Of a stretch of 64,000 nucleotides of DNA, positions 8,686-18,526 are shown piece after piece. The notes under the pieces are model-generated. The model was not told the DNA's origin. It made no database searches and saw nothing but the letters and a program-made list of their open reading frames with translations. How positions within the stretch are numbered: position 1 is the stretch's first letter; each line of letters begins with the position of its first letter. The DNA is from Candidatus Omnitrophota bacterium (GTDB taxonomy: Bacteria; Omnitrophota; Gorgyraeia; Zapsychrales; Zapsychraceae): positions 10,594 to 74,593 of the forward strand of contig JAIORP010000068.1 in the NCBI GenBank assembly GCA_021108075.1, given 5' to 3'. A program made the translations under genes and the position numbers.

Positions 8686-11259
8686 ATGCATATTGTATTT
8701 GTTCATACCGGACAGGAAAGTCTCGGTCTGGAATATTTATCTGCCGTTTTGAAAATTCATGGACACAAAGTGTCATTGGTCTATGAGCCTCTCATTTTTC
8801 GCTCATTTCGGTTTTATTTCCCTTCTTTGGACCGTCATCCACCACAAACGATCGCACAGCGAGCGTTGGCCGCTGAACCGGACCTGATCTGTTTTTCCAT
8901 TGAATCTGATTATTTCGGTTGGGCATGTCAGGTTGTAAGGGAACTTAAACAATTAAAAGATATCCCCATTCTTCTGGGAGGAATTCATCCAACGTCTGTT
9001 CCGGAAAACGTTATTTCAGAAACATCGGTTGATTATATCTGTCTTGGTGAGGGTGAGGATGCCCTGGTCGAATTGGTTGCCAGTCTTGAAAGAAAAGATG
9101 GCCGAATGGATATTTTAAATATATGGTATTGTCGGCAAGACCGTATTATCCGCAATCCTTTGCGCCCATTAAATGAAAATCTTGACGATTTCCCTTTCCC
9201 GGATAAAGAATTGTTTTACCGGGAATACCCTGGTTTTATCAATGATGTCTATACAATCATCACCGGGAGGGGGTGTTGTAACGCGTGCAGTTATTGTTAC
9301 AATAGCATGCTACAAAAACGTTATGAGGGTCGGGGTCGTTATTTAAGGCGTCGGAGCGTGGAGAATGTTATTGCTGAATTGAAGCACGCTCACCGTGTAT
9401 ATCATTTTAAGCGGGTAACTTTTTGTGATGATGTTTTTACCACCGATCTTTCATGGTTGGAGAGTTTTGTCTCTTTATACAAAAAAGAAATCGGTCTTCC
9501 TTTTTATTGCCAGGTTCACCCATCTTTTGTTGATAAAACCAGGATACAGTTGTTAGCCGACGGAGGGTGTACGGTGGTCAATTATGGTATCCAGACTATT
9601 GATGAAAATTTACGCAAACGCTATTTGCATCGCCAGGGATCCAATCGGGAGATTGTTCAGCACCTTAATGATTTTTATGAAACTAAAATTTTTTTGTTCA
9701 CTAATTTTATTGTCGGATTGCCCCGTCAGGACGAGGAAGAATTAATACGCATTGTTGAATTTTGTTGTTCGCATCCGGCCGGATTTCATGATGTGAATTG
9801 GCTGCGGTATTATCCGGGCACTGATATTGTTTCTATTGCTCAAAGGGAAGGCCTTTTGACTGAACAGGACGTCGAAAGGATTAATGCGTCTCGGGATTAT
9901 CAGCCATATGCCCATGGCGGACATGCCCGCACAAAGCAAAGATCGCAGTTAAGAAATTTGATATTTTTGACCCATATTCTCCCGAAGGGTTTGATCCGCT
10001 GGCTGCTGGAGCGTCAACGGTATCGTTTCTTACCAACATTTAATATGCGAAACATGATTGTTATTCCACGATTATTGTTTATGAAATGGGTTAAGGGCAG
10101 GAAATATCCGTATCCAAATCTTTCTTTATTCGGAAATTTGAAGTATTACTGGCATTGCCTTGTCTCCAGGGTTCGTAAAAAAAATACTCGCAAGAAATTT
10201 CATAGATTAACCGGTTTTAAGGCCCTGGTGCGTCGATTTATGAATATGTTTTATTTGTATAAAATGTTAAACAGGAAGGTATGGGTTCAATCATGCCGGT
10301 ATTTTATTTTTCGTTTTATTTTGCGCAAGAAGATACCGGGAACAGCGATACTGGCTTCAACTTTTCATTGTCAGCTGGATTGTGAATGCTGTTCAGCCGG
10401 GATTTTCAGGCGATATTATCAAGGAGTTGAAGAAATGTCCTTGAAAGAAACGGAAGATAAAATTCGAGAGATAGCTAAGATCGGTATTCCACGGCTCCAT
10501 CTTGCGGGCGGGGAACCGTTGCTAAGAAAAGATATTGTAGATATCGTTAAGGTCAGCTCGGACTGTGGGCTGATTGTTTTTCTGGAAACAAACGGTTTGC
10601 TGCTCACAGAAGAAATGATCCTCCGCCTGAAGTCCTCCGGGATTTCCAGTGTTAATGTGAGCCTGGATAGTGCGGATGCGTTTAAACATAACCGTTTAAG
10701 GACACGCGCGGGAGTCTTTGAACATGTCTGTCAGGTGATTACGCTTTGTGTGAAACACAAGGTGAATTGTATCGTGTCGACCTATGCGACAAAAGAGAAT
10801 ATCTATAATGGTGATCTGAATGCTTTAATTCAGTTATCAAAACGTATGAAATGTTATGGGATTCGGGTGATTGCGCCTCAACCGGCAGGGAATTGGATCC
10901 TGTGTGATGATGTGATTTTAAGCCGGGAAGATAATGCTGCAGTTGAGGCGATGATGCCGATTTTTTTTATGGCCCTTAATCGAACAAAGTTGATCCGCTG
11001 TCCGTTACGGACTGCCTATAAATTGTTCATTTTACCTGACGGTCAGATCGCTCCGTGCGAACATTTGCCGTATATTTTTAAGGATTCAAACGGTATGTCT
11101 CTTGAACGGCTTCCTGAGCTCATTAACCGTTTTGATATGTTTTCAAAAAATTATTATTGTCTTCCTCGGGATAGAGATTTTCGTCAACGATATTATAAAA
11201 AAGGAGTGTCCAGGGATATGTCACCCATATTTTTAGATGCTGACGTTCAAAATGATTAA
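8686..11259 (+). CDS. Fusion of a B12-binding radical SAM and a second SPASM/twitch-like radical SAM domain
   Basis: N-half: LGLEYLSA, GGIHPT, GEGE, GRGCCNACSYC. C-half: FHCQLDCECC, AGGEPLLR, ETNG, NVSLD, IAPCEH. Confidence 0.9.
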   Translation: MHIVFVHTGQESLGLEYLSAVLKIHGHKVSLVYEPLIFRSFRFYFPSLDRHPPQTIAQRALAAEPDLICFSIESDYFGWACQVVRELKQLKDIPILLGGIHPTSVPENVISETSVDYICLGEGEDALVELVASLERKDGRMDILNIWYCRQDRIIRNPLRPLNENLDDFPFPDKELFYREYPGFINDVYTIITGRGCCNACSYCYNSMLQKRYEGRGRYLRRRSVENVIAELKHAHRVYHFKRVTFCDDVFTTDLSWLESFVSLYKKEIGLPFYCQVHPSFVDKTRIQLLADGGCTVVNYGIQTIDENLRKRYLHRQGSNREIVQHLNDFYETKIFLFTNFIVGLPRQDEEELIRIVEFCCSHPAGFHDVNWLRYYPGTDIVSIAQREGLLTEQDVERINASRDYQPYAHGGHARTKQRSQLRNLIFLTHILPKGLIRWLLERQRYRFLPTFNMRNMIVIPRLLFMKWVKGRKYPYPNLSLFGNLKYYWHCLVSRVRKKNTRKKFHRLTGFKALVRRFMNMFYLYKMLNRKVWVQSCRYFIFRFILRKKIPGTAILASTFHCQLDCECCSAGIFRRYYQGVEEMSLKETEDKIREIAKIGIPRLHLAGGEPLLRKDIVDIVKVSSDCGLIVFLETNGLLLTEEMILRLKSSGISSVNVSLDSADAFKHNRLRTRAGVFEHVCQVITLCVKHKVNCIVSTYATKENIYNGDLNALIQLSKRMKCYGIRVIAPQPAGNWILCDDVILSREDNAAVEAMMPIFFMALNRTKLIRCPLRTAYKLFILPDGQIAPCEHLPYIFKDSNGMSLERLPELINRFDMFSKNYYCLPRDRDFRQRYYKKGVSRDMSPIFLDADVQND

Positions 11260-12313
11260 CATCATTGAAATCAACCGATCAGATTTTGAGACCTCATGTC
11301 CGAAGGACGTTCCTTATTGTTATTCCCCGGTCTGGCTGGATGTATATGCAAATGTGTTTTGTTATCGCCCCAAATATTACCATATTATGAATGACCGTAG
11401 CGTGATAGGTGTTTTTTCTTTTGTGTGCATCAAATCGATGCTTTTTGGCAACCGGATTGTCTCAATGCCTTTATCCGATGAGGGGGGGGTCGTATTATTT
11501 GACCCGTCATCGATATCACTTGAGTTTAAACAGGAGATTGTGGGGCAAGTGAGTCGCCTCTTGAAACAAGAAGCCCGATTACAGAATGTAGCAATCATAG
11601 AAATACGCGGATACAATCCACTTGTGCACGAATATGATGCGGATAAACTTTTTTTGAAAAAGAAGGTATATGTCCGATTTGTTTTAGATACAGGGCGTGA
11701 TTATAATTCGCTTCAGGCAAATTATCAGACTAATATTCATAAGAATTTGAAAAAAGCTCAACAGCACATTGCCGTTGATGAGTGTGTCTCAGTTGCCGCT
11801 ATTCCTGAGATCTATAACATTTATTTGCTTCAGATGAGGCAATTTGGTTCACCACCATTATCGATTGATTATTTTAGTTGTCTGCTCGAATCTCTAGTTG
11901 CTAAAATTTTTTTAGCAAAGAAAACAGGATCAGGGATCGTTGGTTTTTTACTGGTATTTATCTATAATAACCGTATGTATGCTGATATCAACGCGAGTCT
12001 TTTATCCTATAATTCCTGTTTTCCGAAAGTCTTTTTGTTTGATGAAAGCATAAAATGGGCCTGTATGAATGGTATCCGGACATATGATTTCATGCGGACC
12101 AGGACAGGGAGTGGCGTTTATGAACATAAAAAGAAGTGGGGCGGAACGGAAAAGCCGATTTATTATTATTATCTGACGACGAAACAGCAACGCGAGCTCT
12201 TGTTGGATCCTGAACAGTCGCGGTTTGTTTTGCCCAAACGGATTTTACAGCATATGCCGTTAGGCGGCCTTAAGCGGATCGGACCATGGATCCGACGAGA
12301 AGCAGGGAAATAA
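11252..12313 (+). CDS. FemAB-like GNAT protein
   Basis: SMLFGNRIVSMPLSDEGG, IEIRG, FGSPP, YDFMRT..GSGVYEHKKKWG. The ATG at 11252 overlaps the upstream stop (track start 11237). Confidence 0.85.
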   Translation: MINIIEINRSDFETSCPKDVPYCYSPVWLDVYANVFCYRPKYYHIMNDRSVIGVFSFVCIKSMLFGNRIVSMPLSDEGGVVLFDPSSISLEFKQEIVGQVSRLLKQEARLQNVAIIEIRGYNPLVHEYDADKLFLKKKVYVRFVLDTGRDYNSLQANYQTNIHKNLKKAQQHIAVDECVSVAAIPEIYNIYLLQMRQFGSPPLSIDYFSCLLESLVAKIFLAKKTGSGIVGFLLVFIYNNRMYADINASLLSYNSCFPKVFLFDESIKWACMNGIRTYDFMRTRTGSGVYEHKKKWGGTEKPIYYYYLTTKQQRELLLDPEQSRFVLPKRILQHMPLGGLKRIGPWIRREAGK

Positions 12314-12315
12314 AT

Positions 12316-13644
12316 ATGCGAGAAAAATTGTTTTATATGATGGCGAATTTGTGCTCGCGCGGTTTTGAAGATCGCATTCAACAGGGGGAGAGCCGTTATT
12401 CTAAACAAGAAATAGAATGTCTTCAGTTTAAGAAATTTATTAAATTATATCGATATGCCTTTGGGCATATACCGTTTTATAAAAAAAAGTATGAGCGTGC
12501 AGGGTTATCCCTTTCGTCTTTAAGCTGTTATGCGGATATCAAGAGAGTTCCCTGTTTATCAAGGCAAGAATTGATTGAACAACAAGAGCTGCTGCACCGT
12601 CGTCAGGGTGTCACGTTCCTGGAGAGTGGAGGAACAACCGGTGCGCGTGTGCATACGCAATTAAATAAAAGCATAGCAGTCAAACGGTACGAGATGCTTT
12701 TACAGATACTCTATCGGGTTGGGTGGCAAATATCTATGCCCAGCGCGGCCTTCTATTCGAATGAATATCGTTATAGCACAAATTTCTTCCCCTTGTTGCG
12801 ACGGGGCCAGTTGAACAAGTTGATTTTTGATTTTATCCAGCAATATGTGATTTACGGTTTTTTTCATAATCGGAAAAATATTTATTTTGGATCAGAACTG
12901 TTTGTGCAAAACAATGCGGACCGGTATTTGAGGCCTGTATGGAATAAGAAACCGGTCTTGTTGATTGCTCGTCCGGATGTCATAACTGTCTTGATAAAAC
13001 AAGGCAAAATAAAGGGGGTTGATTTTCGTCCGATAAAGAGCATTGTGACGGTCGGAAACATGTTAACAGAATCCACACGGTCATTGATCGAGGAGGTTTT
13101 TTCGGCAACAGTCTATAATATGTATGCTTCAACGGAATTAGGCTATATCGGTGTCAGTTGTCCTGGGTCGGGGGTTTCTGTTCATGTCGATGATGAGAAT
13201 TACATCGTTGAAGTGGCAGATAATGATCAAAATGAAATTGTGGTTACCGATTTTAATAATTATATGCTACCCTTAATAAGGTATAAATCATCAGATGTCG
13301 GCGAGTATGCACCCCGAAAATGTTTCTGTGGACGGTCCGGTCAGGTGTTATGTCTCCGGGGCCGGACGCGCAGATTTATTCTTTCTGATACGGAAAATAA
13401 AATTTATGAATATGATGTCATTGAATTTTTTGAGCAATTTAAGGACATCATTAATTATCAAATAGTAAGAAGGCCGGATCAACAATTATCAATGAACATC
13501 GGGGGGGGGCAATCAAAGGGGGATAAAGATCAGATTCTTGTCGATTTTTGTGACAGTTTCAAGATTGATCCCCGGAGAGTTCTCCTCGAGAGTGATGGGG
13601 AGCTGATACGGAGCCCATCCGGTAAAGTTTGTTGTCTCGTATGA
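12316..13644 (+). CDS. Phenylacetate-CoA ligase / CapK-like adenylate-forming enzyme
   Basis: IPFYKK, ESGGTTG, YASTE, VVTDFNNYMLPLIRY..DVG, GR, SGK. ATG at 12316 follows the upstream stop (track start 12286). Confidence 0.88.
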   Translation: MREKLFYMMANLCSRGFEDRIQQGESRYSKQEIECLQFKKFIKLYRYAFGHIPFYKKKYERAGLSLSSLSCYADIKRVPCLSRQELIEQQELLHRRQGVTFLESGGTTGARVHTQLNKSIAVKRYEMLLQILYRVGWQISMPSAAFYSNEYRYSTNFFPLLRRGQLNKLIFDFIQQYVIYGFFHNRKNIYFGSELFVQNNADRYLRPVWNKKPVLLIARPDVITVLIKQGKIKGVDFRPIKSIVTVGNMLTESTRSLIEEVFSATVYNMYASTELGYIGVSCPGSGVSVHVDDENYIVEVADNDQNEIVVTDFNNYMLPLIRYKSSDVGEYAPRKCFCGRSGQVLCLRGRTRRFILSDTENKIYEYDVIEFFEQFKDIINYQIVRRPDQQLSMNIGGGQSKGDKDQILVDFCDSFKIDPRRVLLESDGELIRSPSGKVCCLV

Positions 13645-13657
13645 TCATCAAACCAGG

Positions 13658-15118
13658 TTGAATGCGCGTATGTCTTATCTAGATATCATTTTGGTGAATG
13701 CCCATCAGGCCAGAACGTCTAAACTGATTGCTTTAACAACGGGGATGACGGCCCCACTTGGGATCACATATATCGCAAGTTATCTGCGAAAGCATGGTTT
13801 TAATGTCAAGATTTTGGACAATGATATTGAACAATTTGATGGAAATCAGTTCAAGCATTATATCAACTCAAATAAACCTCGATGTGTAGCCATCAGCTCT
13901 TTGACCAATTCCATTAACAATGCGTTTTTACTGGCGGCGGTTGTCAAAACCGTAGATCCCGACATCCCTGTTGTTTTTGGTGGCGCGCATGCAACATCGT
14001 TGCCGGAACAAAGCCTCTTAGATCAGGCCGTAGATGTTGTCGTTAGAGGAGAAGGAGAAGAGACGATGCTGGAGTTGCTGGATGCCCTTATCCATCATCG
14101 ACCGTTAACTCAGATTGTAGGCATTACATACAAAGATCACGGTCAAGCTTGTAAGAATCCTGACCGTGAATATATTAAAGATATCGACCGCATCCCTTTT
14201 CCCGCTTATGATTTGTTGCCGATGAATAGATATTATTTAAACTCAACCCGCCGCCTGACGAACCGCAAGATTGGTGTTATTTTAACCGGACGGGGATGCC
14301 CGTATCGTTGTACGTTTTGTAGTCGGTTGTTTAAGACAAATGTGCGCTTGCGATCCCCTGAAAATGTGATCAAAGAAATAAAGTTTTTGATCAAAGAATA
14401 TGGCGTTGGTGAAATCCATTTTTTAGATGACACATTTACGTTCGATAAGGATCGAGCGATCGCTATTTGCCGACTCATTAGAAGGAACAACCTTGATATT
14501 ATTTGGAATTGTAACAGCCGTGTTGAACATGCCTCAGATGAATTGTATTCCGAACTTTATTCCGCAGGGTGTCGTGAACTGTTCTATGGTGCCGAGTCTG
14601 GTTCACAACATATTCTTGATTCCCTTAAGAAGGGGATAAGTCTTGCGCAAACAGAAAAGGCTGTGCAGTTGTGCAAAAAACACAAGATGCTCGTTTATTG
14701 CAGTTTTGTTTATGGCTCGCCAGAAGAAACAAAAGAAACATTGGCTGAAACTCTAGCCTTTGCCAGGAAATTAAACCCTGACTTTGTCGTTTTTTGTATG
14801 CTTATCCCGTTTCCAGGAACAGCCCTTTTTCAAGAAGCTGTTAAACGGGGTTTTATTGATTTAAGGAATGTTGAATGGGATCAGTATATGAATTTAATGT
14901 CAACGGATCCGCCACCCGTTAATATGTCCGTCTTGTCGAATGAGGAATTGATCGCGTGGTCTAAAAAAGCGTTTCGCGAATTGTATTTTAATCCGAGATA
15001 CGTTATTAAGAGTATCAAACGCATCAGCTCCTTTACTCAGGTTTATGAACTTGCACGAGGATTCATGGCTGTTCTCAGCCATCAAATATGGCAATTTAAA
15101 TCTAAGGTTAAAGGATGA
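13658..15118 (+). CDS. B12-binding radical SAM protein
   Basis: APLGITYIA, GGAHAT, RGEGE, GRGCPYRCTFC, DDTFT, GAESG, PFPGT. Confidence 0.95.
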   Translation: MNARMSYLDIILVNAHQARTSKLIALTTGMTAPLGITYIASYLRKHGFNVKILDNDIEQFDGNQFKHYINSNKPRCVAISSLTNSINNAFLLAAVVKTVDPDIPVVFGGAHATSLPEQSLLDQAVDVVVRGEGEETMLELLDALIHHRPLTQIVGITYKDHGQACKNPDREYIKDIDRIPFPAYDLLPMNRYYLNSTRRLTNRKIGVILTGRGCPYRCTFCSRLFKTNVRLRSPENVIKEIKFLIKEYGVGEIHFLDDTFTFDKDRAIAICRLIRRNNLDIIWNCNSRVEHASDELYSELYSAGCRELFYGAESGSQHILDSLKKGISLAQTEKAVQLCKKHKMLVYCSFVYGSPEETKETLAETLAFARKLNPDFVVFCMLIPFPGTALFQEAVKRGFIDLRNVEWDQYMNLMSTDPPPVNMSVLSNEELIAWSKKAFRELYFNPRYVIKSIKRISSFTQVYELARGFMAVLSHQIWQFKSKVKG

Positions 15119-16035
15119 CAAACATCGTCTGTCCGTTTTGTGCGCACAATGAATTCAATGTTTTTTTATCGGTCGGGTTCTATCGTGTTCTGAAGTGTTT
15201 GCGCTGCCATGGGATGTACCGTGATCCCTATCAAACGAAAGTTTTTGATAAGTGTGAAGAGTGCGAGGATAAGTGTTTGCACCAGGACAGCTGTTTTGAT
15301 GATAGTTATCAAGAGCAGTTTTTGTCATCGAAAACCCAATTAGAACAGACCAGATGGAATAGGATAAAGGCGAATACAAATATTTTTGTTAAGAAGTCAA
15401 AAATTATGGAATTGGGAACAGGGGTTGGGGCATTAGCATCTTTAATGCTTGATGATGGGGCTGATTATCGGGGACTGGAAGGTTCGCCATTTTTTTATCA
15501 GCAATGCTTGCGGTTTTTCCCGACATTAAAAGGTCATGTTGTTAATGCGTTCTATCCTGAAGGACATTTTCATCAGGAGACATTCGATCTCATTGTCGCT
15601 AATGATGTTTTGCAATTTGTACCGTATCCCTTGAAATTTTTGAATCAAATAATAACACGCTTGAAACCTGATGGGCAGTTGTATATTGAGGTTTCTAATG
15701 AGTCTGCGTTTAAGCTCAGGGCTTATGTCAGAAAATTTATGGGCTTATATTCGTCAGCCCCGATCCATCCTGGTCATATTAATTTTTTTACAAGGACATC
15801 ATTAAAAGAACTTTTTGATCAGGCAGGATGCTCGATCAGTCGCTTGTTCCAGATATCATTAGCGTCTGATAGGATGCGAATGAAGATGACGATAAGAAAA
15901 AATCCCTCTGCGTTTATCCAGTGCATGAGCAATGTCTTGTCGTTAACCAGGTTGGATCTGATGTTGCAGTTAGGGAATTATGTCTCTGTTGTAGGTATAA
16001 AAAAAATTGAACTTAAAGGGATTAAAAAGAAATAG
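15115..16035 (+). CDS. Class I SAM-dependent methyltransferase with N-terminal Zn-ribbon
   Basis: CPFC...CLRC; MELGTGVG motif I; FDLIV; LKPDGQLYIEV; HINFF. ATGA overlap with the upstream gene. Confidence 0.88.
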   Translation: MTNIVCPFCAHNEFNVFLSVGFYRVLKCLRCHGMYRDPYQTKVFDKCEECEDKCLHQDSCFDDSYQEQFLSSKTQLEQTRWNRIKANTNIFVKKSKIMELGTGVGALASLMLDDGADYRGLEGSPFFYQQCLRFFPTLKGHVVNAFYPEGHFHQETFDLIVANDVLQFVPYPLKFLNQIITRLKPDGQLYIEVSNESAFKLRAYVRKFMGLYSSAPIHPGHINFFTRTSLKELFDQAGCSISRLFQISLASDRMRMKMTIRKNPSAFIQCMSNVLSLTRLDLMLQLGNYVSVVGIKKIELKGIKKK

Positions 16036-16128
16036 GTTAAAAGATGAATACATCGATATTTAAAATTTTATATTTTAGTTTTCTGCTTTATTCGGCATTG
16101 AGCGAGGAAATGAAATTGAGGAACTATT

Positions 16129-17130
16129 ATGTATTTTAAGATGAAATTGCGGGAAAAAATCTTTAAGTTTTTTCGGTTAGTTTTATGTCGATTTGCTTAT
16201 CCGCCCAAGGATATCACGATAGAGATATCCACAAAGTGTGCACTAAAGTGTCGTATTTGCTTTCGGTTTCCATTGTCTATTAATGAAAAAACGATGAAGT
16301 GGGAGTTGTTTAAGACTATATTGAACAAAATTAAGTCAGAGCCTCGCCAGAATATTTCCTATTTAAATTTTGTTGGACTCGGAGAAGTGTTCTGTCATGA
16401 CAGGCTGCTGGATGTTCTAAAATATACTAGAGAGTTGTTCCCTGATATCAGCATCAATTTATCAACGAGTCTTGTTCCGTTCAAAGAAGAGGTATTAAAG
16501 CAGATTATCGAGCATGGCCTTGTTGATCAAATGAATATTTCTTTGGACGATGCGCAACCTTGTTCTGAAGATTTTCATCCATGCACAAATGAGACATTAA
16601 ATAATATTGATCGTCTCCTTGAGATGATTCACGTCAGTCATTCTAAAATGATTGTCCGATTTCAAGGCGTCCTCCTCTCGACGGAGCAGGTTCAGAGGAT
16701 ATTAGATTTTGCAAAAGCCAAAGGGGTTTCTTTTGTCCATTTTATCCGTATGGATTTGCATGCTTTCAAAGGTGAAACGGACTTGTCTCGTATCGGACGA
16801 GCACAGGAAATTCAGTTAATGCGGTGGGTTCGCCGATATGGAAAGCAAAGGGACATCACGGTTACACATAATAATTCCTTTAATATTTTTATGCGAATTG
16901 CTTCTCATTTTGATAAATATTGTTTGATGACCGATGATCATATGTTTATTGATGTTGAGGGCAATGTGCTGCCTTGCTTCTTTTTGAGAAAACATGTTTT
17001 TGGGGATCTCAAGCATGAATCCTTGCAGCAAATATATGCAAGGACCCCAAAATTATCTTTTTACTCTGATCAGGAGGTTGTGTGCAAGGGCTGTGATGAA
17101 TACAAGGAAAATTATCATCATAAGTGTTGA
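16129..17130 (+). CDS. Radical SAM/SPASM domain protein
   Basis: EISTKCALKCRIC, GLGE, ISLD; C-terminal YC...EGNVLPCF...FGDL...CKGC. Confidence 0.9.
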   Translation: MYFKMKLREKIFKFFRLVLCRFAYPPKDITIEISTKCALKCRICFRFPLSINEKTMKWELFKTILNKIKSEPRQNISYLNFVGLGEVFCHDRLLDVLKYTRELFPDISINLSTSLVPFKEEVLKQIIEHGLVDQMNISLDDAQPCSEDFHPCTNETLNNIDRLLEMIHVSHSKMIVRFQGVLLSTEQVQRILDFAKAKGVSFVHFIRMDLHAFKGETDLSRIGRAQEIQLMRWVRRYGKQRDITVTHNNSFNIFMRIASHFDKYCLMTDDHMFIDVEGNVLPCFFLRKHVFGDLKHESLQQIYARTPKLSFYSDQEVVCKGCDEYKENYHHKC

Positions 17131-17161
17131 TAAACAGAGAAGTGAAAACATAAAGGGTTAA

Positions 17162-18475
17162 GTGGTGATGGAATATAATGATAAGAATGTCGTTCCGAAC
17201 CAAAATAATTTAAAAAAAGTATTCTTAGTGTCCTCATCAGCTAAATGCAAGCCGAATTCGGTTATCAGTGCCCGGATACTCAAATTTTTTGAAAGCAATG
17301 AATATCAGCTTGCCAGAGATGTGAGGGACGCGAATTTGGTTTTTGTCAATACCTGCGCCTGCACCCAAATGCTCGAAGATAAGACGATCAATCTTTTTAG
17401 AGATATTTATAAAGAGAAAAATGAACAGGCAAAGGTCATATCTGTCGGATGCTTGAACGCGATTAATCGCAAGGCGCTGGAAGATCGTTTTTCTGACCTT
17501 CATATTCTCCAGAATTTGTCCGAACTCAATTCGATAACGGATACATTGGTATTATTCAATAACAGTAAGACTTGTTATTACGATAAACATTTGATGGATT
17601 ATGCTTCATGTGATAAGCATTTCTCTGTGATGGATCGGGGCGTGATCATAGCCGCAGAGATTTTATGTCGAGCCTTTAAAACAACACGTTATCCAAGCGC
17701 TGAGTCAACTCATCTGCCTCAGATTCTCGATGAAATTTATCAAACCAATAAAGCCTGTGTGCAAATTAGTTCAGGATGCAAAGGTCATTGCAGCTATTGT
17801 ATTATCAAAAAGGCAAAGGGTGATTTGCATTCGCGTAAAATAGATGACATTTTAGATGATATCGATGAGATGCATCAAGAAGGGATGATCAAAGATAACA
17901 CGGCGCTAAATCTCGTCGCTGACGATTGTGCGTGTTATGGGATGGATACAGGCGAATCTCTTTTTAGCCTTGTTGCAGCCATTCATGCGCGCTTCACGCA
18001 TGTACCCCTTGAGTTTTGTTATGTGAACCCGTCTTTCATTGTTGAGAATACTAACGCTTATTTAGAAATGTTTCAAAATGTCCGTATCAACAGTATCAAC
18101 ATTCCTTTACAGTCAGGCTCTGACCGGATTATTCAATTAATGGATCGTGATTATGCGGTAGCTGATGTCTTGGGATTTGTTGATCAGGTTAAGAAGATTT
18201 CGCCACACACAATGATTTGGTCCCATTTTATTGTTGGATTTCCATCTGAAACCTGGAAAGATTTTAGTTTGAGTTTGCGTTCGGCCCGTCGCTTCCATTT
18301 TTATGTGCCATCGACGTTCTCTGTTCGCGCCGGAACTAAGGCATCCGGCATGACGAATGATGTTTCTGCTTTTAACGCGAAAATAAGATATCATTTGTTT
18401 GTTCAGCAATTGATTTTTCAGAAGGCTTGTGGCCTGTTGATTCCAAAGATTAAAAATGACGTATCAAAAAGTTGA
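17162..18475 (+). CDS. MiaB/RimO-like methylthiotransferase (UPF0004 + radical SAM, no evident TRAM domain)
   Basis: Three UPF0004 cysteines (AKC, NTC, VGC); SGCKGHCSYC; SR; PLQSGSD; FIVGFPSET. The protein ends shortly after the rSAM barrel. Confidence 0.88.
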   Translation: MVMEYNDKNVVPNQNNLKKVFLVSSSAKCKPNSVISARILKFFESNEYQLARDVRDANLVFVNTCACTQMLEDKTINLFRDIYKEKNEQAKVISVGCLNAINRKALEDRFSDLHILQNLSELNSITDTLVLFNNSKTCYYDKHLMDYASCDKHFSVMDRGVIIAAEILCRAFKTTRYPSAESTHLPQILDEIYQTNKACVQISSGCKGHCSYCIIKKAKGDLHSRKIDDILDDIDEMHQEGMIKDNTALNLVADDCACYGMDTGESLFSLVAAIHARFTHVPLEFCYVNPSFIVENTNAYLEMFQNVRINSINIPLQSGSDRIIQLMDRDYAVADVLGFVDQVKKISPHTMIWSHFIVGFPSETWKDFSLSLRSARRFHFYVPSTFSVRAGTKASGMTNDVSAFNAKIRYHLFVQQLIFQKACGLLIPKIKNDVSKS

Positions 18476-18526
18476 ATTGTTTCGATACGTGTCAATTTTT
18501 TTTAAACCAGTGGGATTATTTTAACA

